Below are positions 1 to 12,340 of a stretch of 64,000 nt of DNA, one piece after another. The notes beneath the pieces were generated by a model. The model was not told the origin of the DNA and did not search any database. It saw nothing but the letters and a program-made list of their open reading frames with translations. The number at the start of each line of letters is the position of its first letter. Position 1 is the first letter of the stretch. This stretch comes from Calditrichia bacterium (GTDB lineage: Bacteria > Calditrichota > Calditrichia > JAJRVZ01): contig CAWCNS010000011.1 in NCBI GenBank assembly GCA_963796965.1, forward strand, positions 736,001 through 800,000, in the 5' to 3' direction. A program made the position numbers and the translations under genes.

Positions 1-1975
1 CAGTCGTAGCGGCCAATTGTTTGAGAAGCAATACGTTTTGTTTAATGTCCCGGAACTCCTGATTTACCGGAATTGCTATCAGTTCAATTTTATCTTCTCC
101 AAGTTTCACATCATTTCGCCAGGCCTGGGCCTCAACCAGGTACTTACCGGGGGTCATAGGTATAAAAGTCCCCTCATAGTTTCCCTCGTAAACAACCTCT
201 GATTCAATCTCAAAGGTAGATGAAGGATTTGTAATTTTTGTACGGATCAAAGCATCCCCTATCGGCTTGTAAGTCCCATCGTATACCTGAGTTGTTAAAT
301 GAATATTTTCCCCGACCTGGTAGGATTTGGATGGTGAGGAAATAATTACATTTTTGCTTAATACTTCACTATCCAGCCAGCGAATCATATTTTTGACCAT
401 AATCTGCCAACTATCCCGGTAGGCTTGATCTTCCGAAAGAAGAAAATGCCATCGCCAGAACCCAGAGCCTAATAATAAAATGCTTTTATTGTCTCTCCCT
501 TCAAAAACAGCAACAACAGGCAGGTTTTGATCTCCTGAGCTCTTTTTCCCAGAACTCTCGAGGAGTACCGTGACTGCAGGTCCAAAATTTACATCCATAA
601 ATTCATAGCTAATAGGGGGAATTCTCGTCCAAAACTTATGCGCTTCATCCTCACTATTAAAAACATTAAGAAGGGGTATTGATTTTTCCGTAATGGAGGG
701 GCTCGGTTGCATTTCGATGGCAGATCTGCTTTTTTTGATTGAAAGAATCGGGAAGATGGTTTGAAATGTCTTTAATACGGGGCCCGAGGGGACACGGGAG
801 AGAATCACAAGTGTTGGTATCTTGGTCTTTGCGGCTTTTTTGAGGGCACTATCAAATCCGCTATTTTTACTGCCAGAAAAGGGATAATTATCCAGGACCA
901 GAACATCAAGACTATCTAATATTTTTTCTGGTCTATTAAAATAATATTGATTATTCTTTTTAATTATGGATGATTTTAAATCTATTTCGTTAAGATTTGA
1001 TAATACAAATTGAAGGAATTTGTTTTCATTACCGGGGCTTGCACTAAAAAGCCCTACCTTTACTTTTCCCTTCAACACATCCATGGAAATAGTATATGAA
1101 TTGTTTTTAACAACCGCTTCTTTTGGTAAAGTCTCAACTTCTATTCGATATTGTACTAAACCCACTCTCTCAGGCGTGAGCTCAAATTCTGCGATGCTCG
1201 TTTCACCGCGCTTCCCCATTTGAATCTCCTGGGCCTGAAGTACTTTTCGCCCTGCCAACAATTTTACACGAACTTTCTGATCATCTATACCTCGCGCCAC
1301 GATATACGCTTTTATCTCGGTTGGTTGATTCTGATAAATGATCTGGTTTGTTTTAACATCTGGTATCAGGAGGTCTGGTGGATCAATCGTATCCCCAATG
1401 CCAACGGTAAATAATCTTATCTCGTTAAGCATTCTTGAATGTATCGGATTATCACCAGCCGTATAATTCCCATCTGTCAACACTATCAAATCTTTTATAT
1501 TGTCGGAGTATTTGAGAACAGAATTAATTGACCTTTCTATATTCGTTCCCAGATTCGTCGTATCCAATTCGAAGGAATTTAAATGTATCGTATCCATATC
1601 GAATGCATACAATAAAATATTCACCTGGTTATCTATTTTCTCTACGATTTTTTTTGCTGCAGATAAGGCTCTGTCAATTCTGCTCTCTGACTCTTCTTCC
1701 ATACCCATGGATGCCGACCGGTCTATGAGTATTGCGAGCTCCCCTCTCTCGCTAATTTGCCAGATTGCTGTAATCTCAGGTGCAAAGAAAAGCAGTAAAA
1801 TAGCTGCAATTGCCAATCCTCTTAAAATACCGAGAAATATTTGTAAAAATTGAGATATTGGTGGAACCGTTCTGCGGTATTGATAATAGGCGATTAATCC
1901 AGCGACAATCCCCACTATAATCAGAACAAATAATGATATATTGGAATGGAAAAACGAAGGTATTTGATCAAACAT
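1..1975 (-). CDS. Membrane-anchored VWA-domain protein (partial, runs off the left end of the window)
   Basis: Manual translation from ATG at 1975 gives MFDQIPSFFHSNISLFVLIIVGIVAG..., with two N-terminal TM helices, a MIDAS-like DRSASM, IVLTDG, FTVGIGD and later GFWRW. It stays open to position 1, so the ORF track misses it. Confidence 0.8.
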   Translation of the reverse strand, partial: MFDQIPSFFHSNISLFVLIIVGIVAGLIAYYQYRRTVPPISQFLQIFLGILRGLAIAAILLLFFAPEITAIWQISERGELAILIDRSASMGMEEESESRIDRALSAAKKIVEKIDNQVNILLYAFDMDTIHLNSFELDTTNLGTNIERSINSVLKYSDNIKDLIVLTDGNYTAGDNPIHSRMLNEIRLFTVGIGDTIDPPDLLIPDVKTNQIIYQNQPTEIKAYIVARGIDDQKVRVKLLAGRKVLQAQEIQMGKRGETSIAEFELTPERVGLVQYRIEVETLPKEAVVKNNSYTISMDVLKGKVKVGLFSASPGNENKFLQFVLSNLNEIDLKSSIIKKNNQYYFNRPEKILDSLDVLVLDNYPFSGSKNSGFDSALKKAAKTKIPTLVILSRVPSGPVLKTFQTIFPILSIKKSRSAIEMQPSPSITEKSIPLLNVFNSEDEAHKFWTRIPPISYEFMDVNFGPAVTVLLESSGKKSSGDQNLPVVAVFEGRDNKSILLLGSGFWRWHFLLSEDQAYRDSWQIMVKNMIRWLDSEVLSKNVIISSPSKSYQVGENIHLTTQVYDGTYKPIGDALIRTKITNPSSTFEIESEVVYEGNYEGTFIPMTPGKYLVEAQAWRNDVKLGEDKIELIAIPVNQEFRDIKQNVLLLKQLAATT

Positions 1976-2040
1976 TTATATTATTTCTAATCTCTAACAA
2001 AGTTTTCTGATATTTAGTATTCATTGTATGAAGATTCATT

Positions 2041-3071
2041 TCACGCTATTTCAATATTTTCAAGTGACAAAGACGGATAAGCATTCAAGTCAAATGGAGA
2101 GGTTATTCCGTGATTAAATCGCTCCATCCCAGCTCGTGCAATCATAGCAGCATTATCTGTGCAATAGTCCATCTCAGGTAAAAAAAAATTCATCTTCAGT
2201 TTATTAACTTCTTCTGACATCCATGAACGCAACAAGGAATTCGCAGCTACTCCCCCAACGACTCCCACAGATGTAACTTTATATTCTTCCGCGGCATTCA
2301 TTGTTTTATGTACGAGGACTTCTACAGCCGCTCTCTGATAACTGGCACAAATATCAGGAAGATGTTCATCGACAAAGGACTTGCTCTTGGATTCAAGATA
2401 GACGAGTAAGGAAGTTTTTAGTCCACTGTAGTAAAGTCGAATGGTCCATTCTTCAAAGTGGCACGGGGAAAATGATGGAATGAATCCACACCCCGCCTGG
2501 CAAGCTTATCAATTAATGGCCCTCCCGGATATCCCAAACCCAGCAATTTAGATCCCTTATCAAAGGCCTCCCCAACGGCATCGTCTCTCGTTTTGCCAAT
2601 GATTTTATAATTTAGATGACGTTCCATTATAACAATTTGTGTATGGCCTCCCGAGACGACTAGACTTAAATGTGGGAAATTTATCTGAGGATTCGAAAGA
2701 AAGTTACCATATATATGTCCTTCAATATGATTGATACCGATAAAAGGTATTTTCAAAGCTGTCGATAATCCCTTGGTTAAACTAAGGCCCACAAGTAAGG
2801 CACCAACCAATCCAGGACCATGGGTGACCGCGATTCCATCCAAATCACTTTTATCGATTCCCGCCTTTTTCAGAGCCTGGCTAATGACCATTGTGATAAG
2901 TCTAATATGCGCCCTTGACGCTAACTCCGGAACCACCCCACCAAATTCCGCATGGATCTCCTGGGAGGAAACGATGTTCGACAATACCCTGTTACCCTTA
3001 ATCACTGCGGCAGAGGTCTCATCGCAAGATGATTCAATTCCAAGCACAATTTGTTCTTTTTTCTTATCCAT
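2041..3071 (-). CDS. tsaD: tRNA N6-threonylcarbamoyladenosine synthesis protein TsaD (apparent frameshift near 2425)
   Basis: Motifs [35 protein letters not shown] and [10 protein letters not shown]. The C-terminal part GGVAAN...CTDNAAMIA lies in another frame (ORFs 2418..3083 and 2041..2301). Confidence 0.93.
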
Positions 3072-3176
3072 TAAAAACAACAATATGTTTTATGATTTGG
3101 AGGATTTAAATGGGATTTAGTACTAATACTCTCTCAGGTTTTTTGCAATCTGAGGATTGTTACACTACCCAACCAT

Positions 3177-4105
3177 TTATTTCTTCTTGACTTGAAGAGA
3201 GATTTCCTTGGGATATGATTCAATCCAACTAATTTTCTCGGGTGTGATAATACTAACCGCATATCTTTCACGACCCGGTTGATAGTTATGTTTAAAATCG
3301 AATTCAGCCCTGACAGAAGATGTATCCAATGCTGCAACTAGCATCTCCCCCCCTTTACTTTCAGAGCCAGTTTTGAGGGACGAGCTATCACCTCGAGATT
3401 GCCTGGTACGTTATGAATTTTTATGGGAATTTCGCGTACGAAACCCTCCACTAATTTTTGAATCTCAATATTTAAGTCTACAGAAACTGGAGACAACAGA
3501 AAAATTCCTGGCTCCGGATTTATAAGATTCGTTTTTTCAGAAAACGAGGATGTGTTCCCGGAAAATTCAATTGATTCTGTCATTATAGTGGATATCTTAT
3601 TTACTTTTGATCTGGGGCCTCGTACAACGGCCGAATCTACAACAAAGTGATGATCAATTAACGTATAGCCATCTTCAGGTTGGATGACACCAACAAACTG
3701 AATAGGGATTTCCCGAACAATTTCCTGATCAATCTTTAGTTCTATGGTACTTGGTTCGAGAACCTCCAGAACGGGTAATCCAAATGTGGTGGGAAGATCA
3801 AGAAAAGGCAGGTAATCTGCAAGTTTTATATTTTGTGATTTAGTAATATTTGGTAACTCGAGTTTAAAAGCGACATCATAAAACCACAAACCAATAAGTG
3901 CACGTCCTTTCCCCTGAACTTCGATTATCGCAGTTTTTGGAATAGGTTCGAGCAATGTCTTACCCTTGGCCAACCTTCTAATTTCAATCGGAACTGTAAA
4001 TTGATAGACGTAATTTTTTTCATTGGCAACCATCAGCCATAATATTATGGCGAACGCAATTGATCCTAAAATGGGTTTAATATTTAACTTTATTTTTTCT
4101 CTCAT
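3177..4105 (-). CDS. YbbR/CdaR-like domain protein (frameshift in a G run near 3350)
   Basis: N-terminal TM (SIAFAIILWLMV) followed by YbbR-like repeats (IEVQGKG, AVVRGPRS, LKVKGG). The other frame continues ...EMLVAALDTSSVRAEF...QVKKK* with the stop at 3177. Confidence 0.75.
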
Positions 4106-4197
4106 ATTGCCTGCATGTCATATTACCAAATATTACTCAGATATCTCACACAGCGACACTAAACCGCAGCGCATTTTTTTATTATACAGGATGTATC

Positions 4198-5007
4198 TCA
4201 AACGTTTATATTCGGCTGGCAGATGGGGCAATAATGGGTTCCTCTGCCAGCATGCTTAATTTTGACTATCGGTGAATCGCAGTTAAAGCATGGTTTCCCT
4301 TCCCTTCCATATACCTGCAAATAATTTTGATTTTCTCCGAATCCTCCACCACTTGTTTTATAGTCAGATATTGTTGTTCCCATCCTACGAATTGCCTGAC
4401 TAAGAATATACTGAATTGCATTATAAAGTGTCTGACTCTGTTCTTCTGACAGATCGCCGGTACGAGCTTCCGGATGAATACCCGAACGGAAAAGAGTTTC
4501 ATCTATATATATATTTCCTAGGCCTGCAACAAATTTTTGATCTAATAAAAATGATTTTATTCTAACCTTTCGCTTCTCAATTAATTTATATAGATATTCT
4601 GATGAGAATTTTGAGTCAAGGGCATCAATCCCTGTATTTTTTAACACCGTCTGCGGATCCATTGTCAGCCATATCCGGCCAAACTTACGCAAATCATAAA
4701 ACAGTAAATACTTGCCAGAAGAAAGTAGAAAAATTAAGCGCAGATGCTTCAAATCTTTTGGGGCAGAACTTCTAACGATAAGTTGACCTGTCATTCGCAA
4801 ATGCGTAATTAAATATCCCGAATCTAACTCAAAAAGAATATATTTTCCTTTTCGTGAAATCTTTTCAATTCGTCTCTGTTTAATTTTTAGTTTTGAAGCA
4901 TTAACATAAGCACCGGACCATTTTTTTTTAAGATCAGATACTGTCTCTCCACAGATCTTTTCGCGCAATTCCCTTACAATGGTTTCAACTTCTGGTAATT
5001 CAGGCAT
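4198..5007 (-). CDS. mutM: Formamidopyrimidine-DNA glycosylase
   Basis: N-terminal PELPEVET, RKGKY, HLRMTG, GLGNIY and a C-terminal CxxC...CxxCQ zinc finger. Confidence 0.96.
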   Translation of the reverse strand: MPELPEVETIVRELREKICGETVSDLKKKWSGAYVNASKLKIKQRRIEKISRKGKYILFELDSGYLITHLRMTGQLIVRSSAPKDLKHLRLIFLLSSGKYLLFYDLRKFGRIWLTMDPQTVLKNTGIDALDSKFSSEYLYKLIEKRKVRIKSFLLDQKFVAGLGNIYIDETLFRSGIHPEARTGDLSEEQSQTLYNAIQYILSQAIRRMGTTISDYKTSGGGFGENQNYLQVYGREGKPCFNCDSPIVKIKHAGRGTHYCPICQPNINV

Positions 5008-5059
5008 TAGTCAGAAAAACTTGTTGTCTGTTAGTATATAACGTATGTATCGTTTAGGA

Positions 5060-6064
5060 TTACTTCTGATTTAATGTTGTTATAATTTTATTAACCTCAT
5101 CAAAGTACTCCGAACCAACATCTTCCTTCAGATATTTATTAAACTCCTCTAACGCGGAAGATTTATCTCCATTAGCAAGGTGAATTTTCCCAAGATAATA
5201 CCGAGTTTGAGTCAATTTCGGATCCAGGACAAGGGCATGTTTAAATTGTGACTGGGCGTCATTAAAATCATTTTTCTGGAAATAATATAGTCCACGGTAA
5301 AAATACCATTTACCATTTTCCTTATCTAATGCTAAAAGTTTATTAAAATAGGATACCCCTGTCTCATAATTCCCCAATCCATAATAGTCCAAACCCTGCA
5401 ATGTTATAGATTTTTGAGTTGGTTTTCTGATATTTTGGAGATAGGTTATGGACTCCTCAAATTTCTTTCTTCTAAACAGAATATCAGCCCTTAATAAATA
5501 ATAACCATCTTCGAGGGGTATATTATATTCCAGAGCACTTCTTTCATAGATATCCAGGTTATGCTGTGCAACCTCTAGCTCATTCAATGCAATATAACAC
5601 TCAACTATCCTAAGGATAATATCGATTCTTTGTGGCTCAAGACCTGTTACGCGTTTATAAGCCCGAATGGCCTCATCGTTCTGATCCTGTGCCTGATACA
5701 TCTCACCAATAGATTCATGAACAGCAATAAAATTCGATCGCTTTTTCAGGGCTTGGTTAAAGGCTAGTAATGCCTGTGTATAATCGAACTGGGCTCTATA
5801 TATTTCACCCTTCAATTGATAAAATTTTGCCATATCTTTGTTTAAAAGGATGGCTTGATTTATATAATCTAAAGCAAGTGGTAAATTTTGATCGTTATAG
5901 GCTTCAACACTTTGCAAATAATAGGTATAGGGATCGTCCTTTTCAGAATATGATTTTTTTTCCGGTATTGAATATGGCGCACATCCATTAATGAATTGGA
6001 ATAAGAACACAGCGATGCAAATAGATATGATACTTTGAACAGAAGAGAATTTTCTGAAATTCAA
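5060..6064 (-). CDS. TPR-repeat lipoprotein (start codon uncertain)
   Basis: Hydrophobic stretch ending in a lipobox-like INGC, followed by multiple TPR motifs. The ORF track start at 6166 overlaps the upstream gene. Confidence 0.75.
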   Translation of the reverse strand: MNFRKFSSVQSIISICIAVFLFQFINGCAPYSIPEKKSYSEKDDPYTYYLQSVEAYNDQNLPLALDYINQAILLNKDMAKFYQLKGEIYRAQFDYTQALLAFNQALKKRSNFIAVHESIGEMYQAQDQNDEAIRAYKRVTGLEPQRIDIILRIVECYIALNELEVAQHNLDIYERSALEYNIPLEDGYYLLRADILFRRKKFEESITYLQNIRKPTQKSITLQGLDYYGLGNYETGVSYFNKLLALDKENGKWYFYRGLYYFQKNDFNDAQSQFKHALVLDPKLTQTRYYLGKIHLANGDKSSALEEFNKYLKEDVGSEYFDEVNKIITTLNQK

Positions 6065-6114
6065 TAATTCTTTCGGAACCAACCGGAATTTTACTCCAGA
6101 TAGGTAAATTGGTT

Positions 6115-6762
6115 TCAATTGCCAAATACCTCCTCCGCACATTTGGCGCAGTTTTTTTCTGCCCAATCTTTTATGTCTTTCAGGCTCATATAGTTTATAT
6201 CACATTTTCGCTGTTTTCGAATAATAACCATCCTTTCGAGAACTTCAACGACAAATGAGACGTCTCCCTCCATATACCACTTTTTGATCCAGCTTAATAC
6301 CGATTTATAATGTTCTGAGCACTGTAAGAATCCTACGAGACTTGCAGCAGCGGCCCTCATTTCCATATCTGAATATGTCCGGTATCGTTCGATATATGGA
6401 AAAACAGATTGGGGTTTTTCAATACCACATAATTTTAGATTATTTAAAGTGAACAAGCGTACATTTTCATCGTTATCTTCAATTAACTTTTCTAATAAAG
6501 GTTTTAACTTCTTTTTAAGACCTATTCTTCCTATCATTTCTGCTAAAATCGATTTATCCATCGCGGATTTAACAGAATGGGCAGAATAGAAAGAATCAAG
6601 AGCGCGTGGTATTGATTCAAAATATTCGGATGTAACTTCTTCCTGAGATGCAATATCTAATGCACGGCAAACATGGATCATCATTGACGTCGTATTTCTA
6701 ATTTTTCCAGAAGAAGGACGTGTTTCAATGTACGCGTCGTACAATTCTTGTAAATTATTCAT
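6115..6762 (-). CDS. Hypothetical HEAT-repeat-like protein
   Basis: LIEDNDENVR and YSDMEMRAAAASLVG resemble HEAT/PBS-lyase repeats. Confidence 0.55.
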   Translation of the reverse strand: MNNLQELYDAYIETRPSSGKIRNTTSMMIHVCRALDIASQEEVTSEYFESIPRALDSFYSAHSVKSAMDKSILAEMIGRIGLKKKLKPLLEKLIEDNDENVRLFTLNNLKLCGIEKPQSVFPYIERYRTYSDMEMRAAAASLVGFLQCSEHYKSVLSWIKKWYMEGDVSFVVEVLERMVIIRKQRKCDINYMSLKDIKDWAEKNCAKCAEEVFGN

Positions 6763-6797
6763 GCATGGTTCTTTCGAGAGATACGGATTTTGAATGA

Positions 6798-7280
6798 TTA
6801 GAATTTATAACCAATGGTACGCAGGAATTGTTTTCTGTCATTAACATCCTCCTCAGACTCTATACCCTTCGTTTTTATACCATCAATAACTCCGAGGATA
6901 CCACGACCTAAATCCGTTTCAGCTATTAAAACCTCTGTTTCATTCCCGGTGGCGCAAAATATCCGCACGACCTCCGGCACTGATTTAATAGCATTAAGAA
7001 TGTTGAGTGGGAATGCATTGCCAAGAAAAATGACAAAACTATGACCACAGGCAAGATTTAATGCATTATTCCGGGCTAGATTTATTAAATCCTCATCATT
7101 TCCGGAAAAACGGACCAGAGCCTTTTGTGAGGCTTCGCAGAAGGCAATGCCGAACTTTATACCGGGATTAATGTTTACGATTGCCTCATGAATATCTTCA
7201 ACAGTCTTAATAAAATGGGACTGCCCAAGGATAAAATTCATTTCAGCCGGTTTTTCAATTTTATATATCGAGATGTCCAT
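6798..7280 (-). CDS. Adenosine-specific kinase family protein (DUF355)
   Basis: [38 protein letters not shown] and R..L..IGYK are characteristic of the family. Confidence 0.88.
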   Translation of the reverse strand: MDISIYKIEKPAEMNFILGQSHFIKTVEDIHEAIVNINPGIKFGIAFCEASQKALVRFSGNDEDLINLARNNALNLACGHSFVIFLGNAFPLNILNAIKSVPEVVRIFCATGNETEVLIAETDLGRGILGVIDGIKTKGIESEEDVNDRKQFLRTIGYKF

Positions 7281-7541
7281 CTGGTCTATCCTGCTTTTTT
7301 TTATAAATTTAATGAAAAGTTATTATTAATCAACAACTTAATTCCCTCACTACCAGAGATTTTCAAAGGGTATCCAAATTAAAGAAAGTTTTTTTCTTAA
7401 CGCAGAGGGCGCTGAGCTTGCAAAGATAGGTAAACACAATTTTTTGCACTTTCATCCATTTATAATAAGGGACTATGTATCTTTGAGATAAAATAATCAT
7501 CTAATAATGTCACGAGTCGTACGATAATTCGTTTCTTAATA

Positions 7542-7570
7542 TTGTTCGAAAAAATAAACAACAGTAAATT
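7542..7570 (+). promoter_or_regulatory. Putative sigma70-type promoter of trxB
   Basis: TTGTTC-N17-TAAATT about 60 nt upstream of the start codon. Confidence 0.45.
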
Positions 7571-7629
7571 AAGATACAGTAAAGTTTTTTACCAAGAATA
7601 TACCAGAAGCCGACGGAGGTTTAAATAAT

Positions 7630-8561
<932 letters not shown>

Positions 8562-8580
8562 TTATAACATCTAATTCTTT

Positions 8581-8678
8581 AAACACAAAGTTCGCAAAGA
8601 AGGCTCAAAGATCACAAAGAAGAAATATAGAAATAAATATTTGTGTACTTCGTGCTTGCTTTGTGGGCTTTGTGTTTA
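8581..8678. repeat. Inverted-repeat element, CACAAAG/CGCAAAG family
   Basis: Left arm aaacacaaagttcgcaaagaaggctcaaagatcacaaag, an AT-rich spacer, then right arm ttgtgtacttcgtgcttgctttgtgggctttgtgttta. Confidence 0.8.
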
Positions 8679-8685
8679 TTCTTTC

Positions 8686-10064
8686 TTACTCTTCAATCGT
8701 TTCCTTCCAATAATAATAGACCGGAAGACCAGCTGCAATCACAATCAATCCAAGAAGTGCCTCAATGGGTTTTTCTATCAAGCGTATTTATCATTATCCA
8801 GATAATTGTTAATCCGAATATAGCCGGAACAAACGGATATCCCCAGACCCGATAAGGTCTTTCCCATGAGGGCCTGCGCCAACGAAGCACAAAAACAGCA
8901 GAGACAGTTCCCACAAAAAACATAATACAGCAAAAGTCACATAGGTGAATAATTCTTCATAGGTACCTGTTAAACATAGGCCACCCGCCAACAGGCCTTG
9001 CCATAGGATCGCCATTGTCGGTGTCCTGTATTAGGATGAATATAGGAAAACTTTTTAAAGAATAATCCATCATTGGCCATGGCATAGTATATTCTCGGTC
9101 CAAATATTATCGTTGCACTTAAGACAGCCTAAGAATCGAAATCAGAATTAATCCTGCCATTAATGTTCCCGCCAGAGTACCAAAGGCATAACTCGTCGCA
9201 TGTTCTCCTATCCTTACAACACCAACCATTTCCTCCATTGGTAATGTGAAAAGATAAAACAGATTTATCAAGAGATAGATCAGTCCTATAAGAGAGATGC
9301 CAATTATCAGACTCAGCGGTAGGTTTCTTCTGACATTTTTTATTTCACTGGCAATGGTATTTACAGAATACCAACCATCAAAGGTCCAGAGTACAGCTAT
9401 CAGGGCAATCCCAATGACAACCGGGATTGATTGTCCTGTCGGGATTTGGATGAGCTATTGTCTGTTACTGTGCCATCCCGCCATTAATCAGGACATAAAT
9501 CCCGGCCAGAATTAAAATACCAATGGCCAGTAATTTAATAATTGTCAGAACATTTTGGACAAAACTTCCGGATCGGATACCATAGTAATTGACAATCGTT
9601 AACAGAATAATACTTGTGAGTGCCACAAGTTGGCCCGCTGAAATGGAAAATCCTGCTATGATAAAGACTTCGCCGGTCCAGTCCGAAATCGGGGACAAAA
9701 TAGGCTAGATACTCAGCAAACCAACTGCCAATGCAGCAATCCCCCCTGTTTGAGTAATAATAAAGGCCGTCCAGCCATACATAAATCCAGCCATTGGGCC
9801 ATAAGCCTCGCGCAAGTATACATATTGACCGCCGGCCTCTGGTATCATTGCTCCCAATTCTGCAAAGGTCAATCCTCCAAAAAGAGACAATAAGGCACCA
9901 AATATCCAAACAAATAATATCCACTCAGCAGAAGGAAGTGATTCTGCAATAATACCAGTCGTCAGAAATATCCCTGATCCAATAACAGAACCAACCACCA
10001 ACAACGTAGCATCAAATAAATTAAGTCGCGCTAAAAGGCCTTTATTGTTTAAGTATTTATTCAT
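8686..10064 (-). CDS. APC-family amino acid permease (several frameshifts)
   Basis: VGSVIGSGIF, AELGAMIPEAGGQYVYL, WTFDGWY, GPRIYYAMA, PYRVWGYP and AGLPVYY, spread across frames. Confidence 0.88.
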
Positions 10065-10327
10065 TCTTTATCCTGGTTTTAGGAATTCCAATTTAGGTGA
10101 TATCTCTTTTTAAAGAAAATATTTTTGTTCATAAGCAAATGTAAGAATTCTTTAAACTGCAACATTTTATAGATATTTGGTGTCTGATTTATAAGAATGG
10201 CTTCTTATTATAATAGCCGTTCACGATCACTAACTATAGAAACAACTTAATTTTATTTTGATAAAACAATTGTCCATATTATCCGTATGAATTAATAAAT
10301 TTACTCCCTTCAAAAAATAAAATTCCC

Positions 10328-11491
10328 ATGAGGAAGCATATGAGCCTATCGATCAGCATCCCATTCAGATACCAAAGACAAACCATTTTTAGCCTAATCA
10401 TCATTATGCAGTTATTGTTTGCAACTACTGATTTTTTGTATGGACAAAGCCTGGATATTCCTGTAAAAGGTTATGGCATCAGCTTTGGAAATTCAAAGTA
10501 TTTTACTGGTCTGCGTTTTAATTTCCGTGATAAATGGGTTGAAGAAATCAATGGCATCAATGTTACCCTGTGGAAATCAAAAGAAAATGATGAAGCCGTG
10601 GTAAGAGGTATCTCTCTTGGCATTATTCCGGAAGGTGGTGACCTGGGATATATAAACTTGGGTGTGGCTGGTGTGGGAGCCTCATATCAATTAAGCGGTC
10701 TAAATATTGGAATTCTCGGTGCCGGGTCTGGTGGAGATGTTGACGGAATCACAATTGGTGGTTTAGGTGCCGGAGCAGGGAAAGATGTAACGGGATTTAC
10801 ATTCGGAGGACTTGGTGCAGGGGCCGGTGGCGATTTAACGGGTGTTACGATTGGTGGGCTCGGGGCCGGTGCGGGTGGCTCCTTAAAGGGTATCACCATA
10901 GGCGGACTAGGTGCCGGTTCTGGCGAAGATTTAGTTGGCCTTACGATAGGAGGATTAGGCGCAGGCAGCGGAGGTGATGCCAGCGGTATCACCTTGAGCA
11001 TCTTAGCGGTTGGGGCTGGTGAAAATTTATCGGGAATAAATATTGCCGGTCTTGGTACAGGAGCCGGAGGTGATGTAACTGGATTAAGTTTTGGTGGGCT
11101 GGGATTGGGAGCCGGTAACAATCTTACTGGTCTGAATCTTGCCGGATTGGGCATGGGGGCAGGAAATGAAGTACGGGGAATATCCCTGGCTCTGGGTGCC
11201 ATTGGCGCTCCGAGTGTAAAAGGTATCACCATCGCCGGGTTGGGGGCAGGAGGTGAAGAGGTAACAGGCTTAACACTTGCCCTGGCCCATGTTCGCATAG
11301 AAAATGACGGTACTCTGACTGGATTTGCTGCCAGTGCTTTCAATTATGTAAAAGGTATATTAAAGGGTGTTACATTGGGCATATTCAATTATGCCTATGA
11401 GGTGGAAGGTATTCAGCTTGGCGTGCTGAATTATGTCAAAGATAATCCATCAGGCTTAAAGATTCTTCCGCTTTTTAATACAAGTTTTTAA
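10328..11491 (+). CDS. Secreted Gly-rich 16-aa repeat protein (LA_2272-like surface repeat)
   Basis: Signal-like N-terminus, about 12 repeats of G(I/L/V)T(I/F)GGLGAG(A/S)GxDxx, and a C-terminal GIQLGVLNY...LPLFNTSF. Confidence 0.75.
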   Translation: MRKHMSLSISIPFRYQRQTIFSLIIIMQLLFATTDFLYGQSLDIPVKGYGISFGNSKYFTGLRFNFRDKWVEEINGINVTLWKSKENDEAVVRGISLGIIPEGGDLGYINLGVAGVGASYQLSGLNIGILGAGSGGDVDGITIGGLGAGAGKDVTGFTFGGLGAGAGGDLTGVTIGGLGAGAGGSLKGITIGGLGAGSGEDLVGLTIGGLGAGSGGDASGITLSILAVGAGENLSGINIAGLGTGAGGDVTGLSFGGLGLGAGNNLTGLNLAGLGMGAGNEVRGISLALGAIGAPSVKGITIAGLGAGGEEVTGLTLALAHVRIENDGTLTGFAASAFNYVKGILKGVTLGIFNYAYEVEGIQLGVLNYVKDNPSGLKILPLFNTSF

Positions 11492-11524
11492 CATCAACAA
11501 CTAACATTTGTGCATGCAGGCTCT

Positions 11525-12325
11525 TTATTTGCAAATAACTTTATAATATTCCGGTCTACGGTCCTCAAAGATATCATTTAAAGGTGTCATGTGTTTATCT
11601 TTAGTGAGACTTAGATCAATTTCCTGAATATGTATATCTTCCCTTTGTGAAACAGATCTAAAAAGCAATTCACCTTTCGGCGCCACAATCTGACTCTTGC
11701 CTGTAAAATTTAGTTTGCCTTGCGGTCTCACATCTGCACCAAACCGATTTGCAGTAATAGCAAAGACATAATTCTCAAGACACCTACTGATCATGGTTTG
11801 CTGACAATAGTCGAGTACCAGGTTGGAGGGATGACAGATAATATCAGCACCCATTAAGGCTAGTGAGCGGACTACTTCAGGAAAAATCCAGTCAAAGCAA
11901 ACCATTATTCCAAGTTTTGCTCCCTTAACTGCCTGCAATTGTAGAGGGATATCGCCCGGATCAAACCACTTTTTTTCTTGATTAAACAAATGTAGTTTTC
12001 GATAGGTGTGAACAGTACCCCCGGGGCCGAGTAACAATGCGCTATTAAATAGTTTATCTTTATATTTTTCTGCAAAACCTGTAACAAGATGAAAATCTTT
12101 TTCCTTACATAATGTAATTAGGCTATCTACCGTGGAAGACTTTTTTACTTCTTCAGCTAATTCGGAGACCTCATTGCGATCCTTAAAATAATATCCGGTA
12201 AATGGCAATTCAGGCAGCACAATAAGGTCGGCATTCATTTCTTTTAGTTTGGATAGAACCTTGTTTAAATTTTTTTCAACCTGTCCAAACATTGGCCTAA
12301 ATTGGTAAAATCCTACACGTAACAT
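11525..12325 (-). CDS. Nitrilase-related carbon-nitrogen hydrolase
   Basis: Catalytic E-K-C triad motifs LIVLPEL, YRKLHLF and MVCFDWIFPE. Confidence 0.92.
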   Translation of the reverse strand: MLRVGFYQFRPMFGQVEKNLNKVLSKLKEMNADLIVLPELPFTGYYFKDRNEVSELAEEVKKSSTVDSLITLCKEKDFHLVTGFAEKYKDKLFNSALLLGPGGTVHTYRKLHLFNQEKKWFDPGDIPLQLQAVKGAKLGIMVCFDWIFPEVVRSLALMGADIICHPSNLVLDYCQQTMISRCLENYVFAITANRFGADVRPQGKLNFTGKSQIVAPKGELLFRSVSQREDIHIQEIDLSLTKDKHMTPLNDIFEDRRPEYYKVICK

Positions 12326-12340
12326 TTTAACCTCTATCGT

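Noticed and set aside
17..1853. Short plus-strand ORFs in the first 2 kb
   Set aside because: They are antisense to the long VWA-domain gene that runs off the window.
10687..11343. Pro-rich 218-aa ORF on the minus strand
   Set aside because: It is the antisense shadow of the Gly-repeat gene, since GGN codons read as Pro-rich on the opposite strand.
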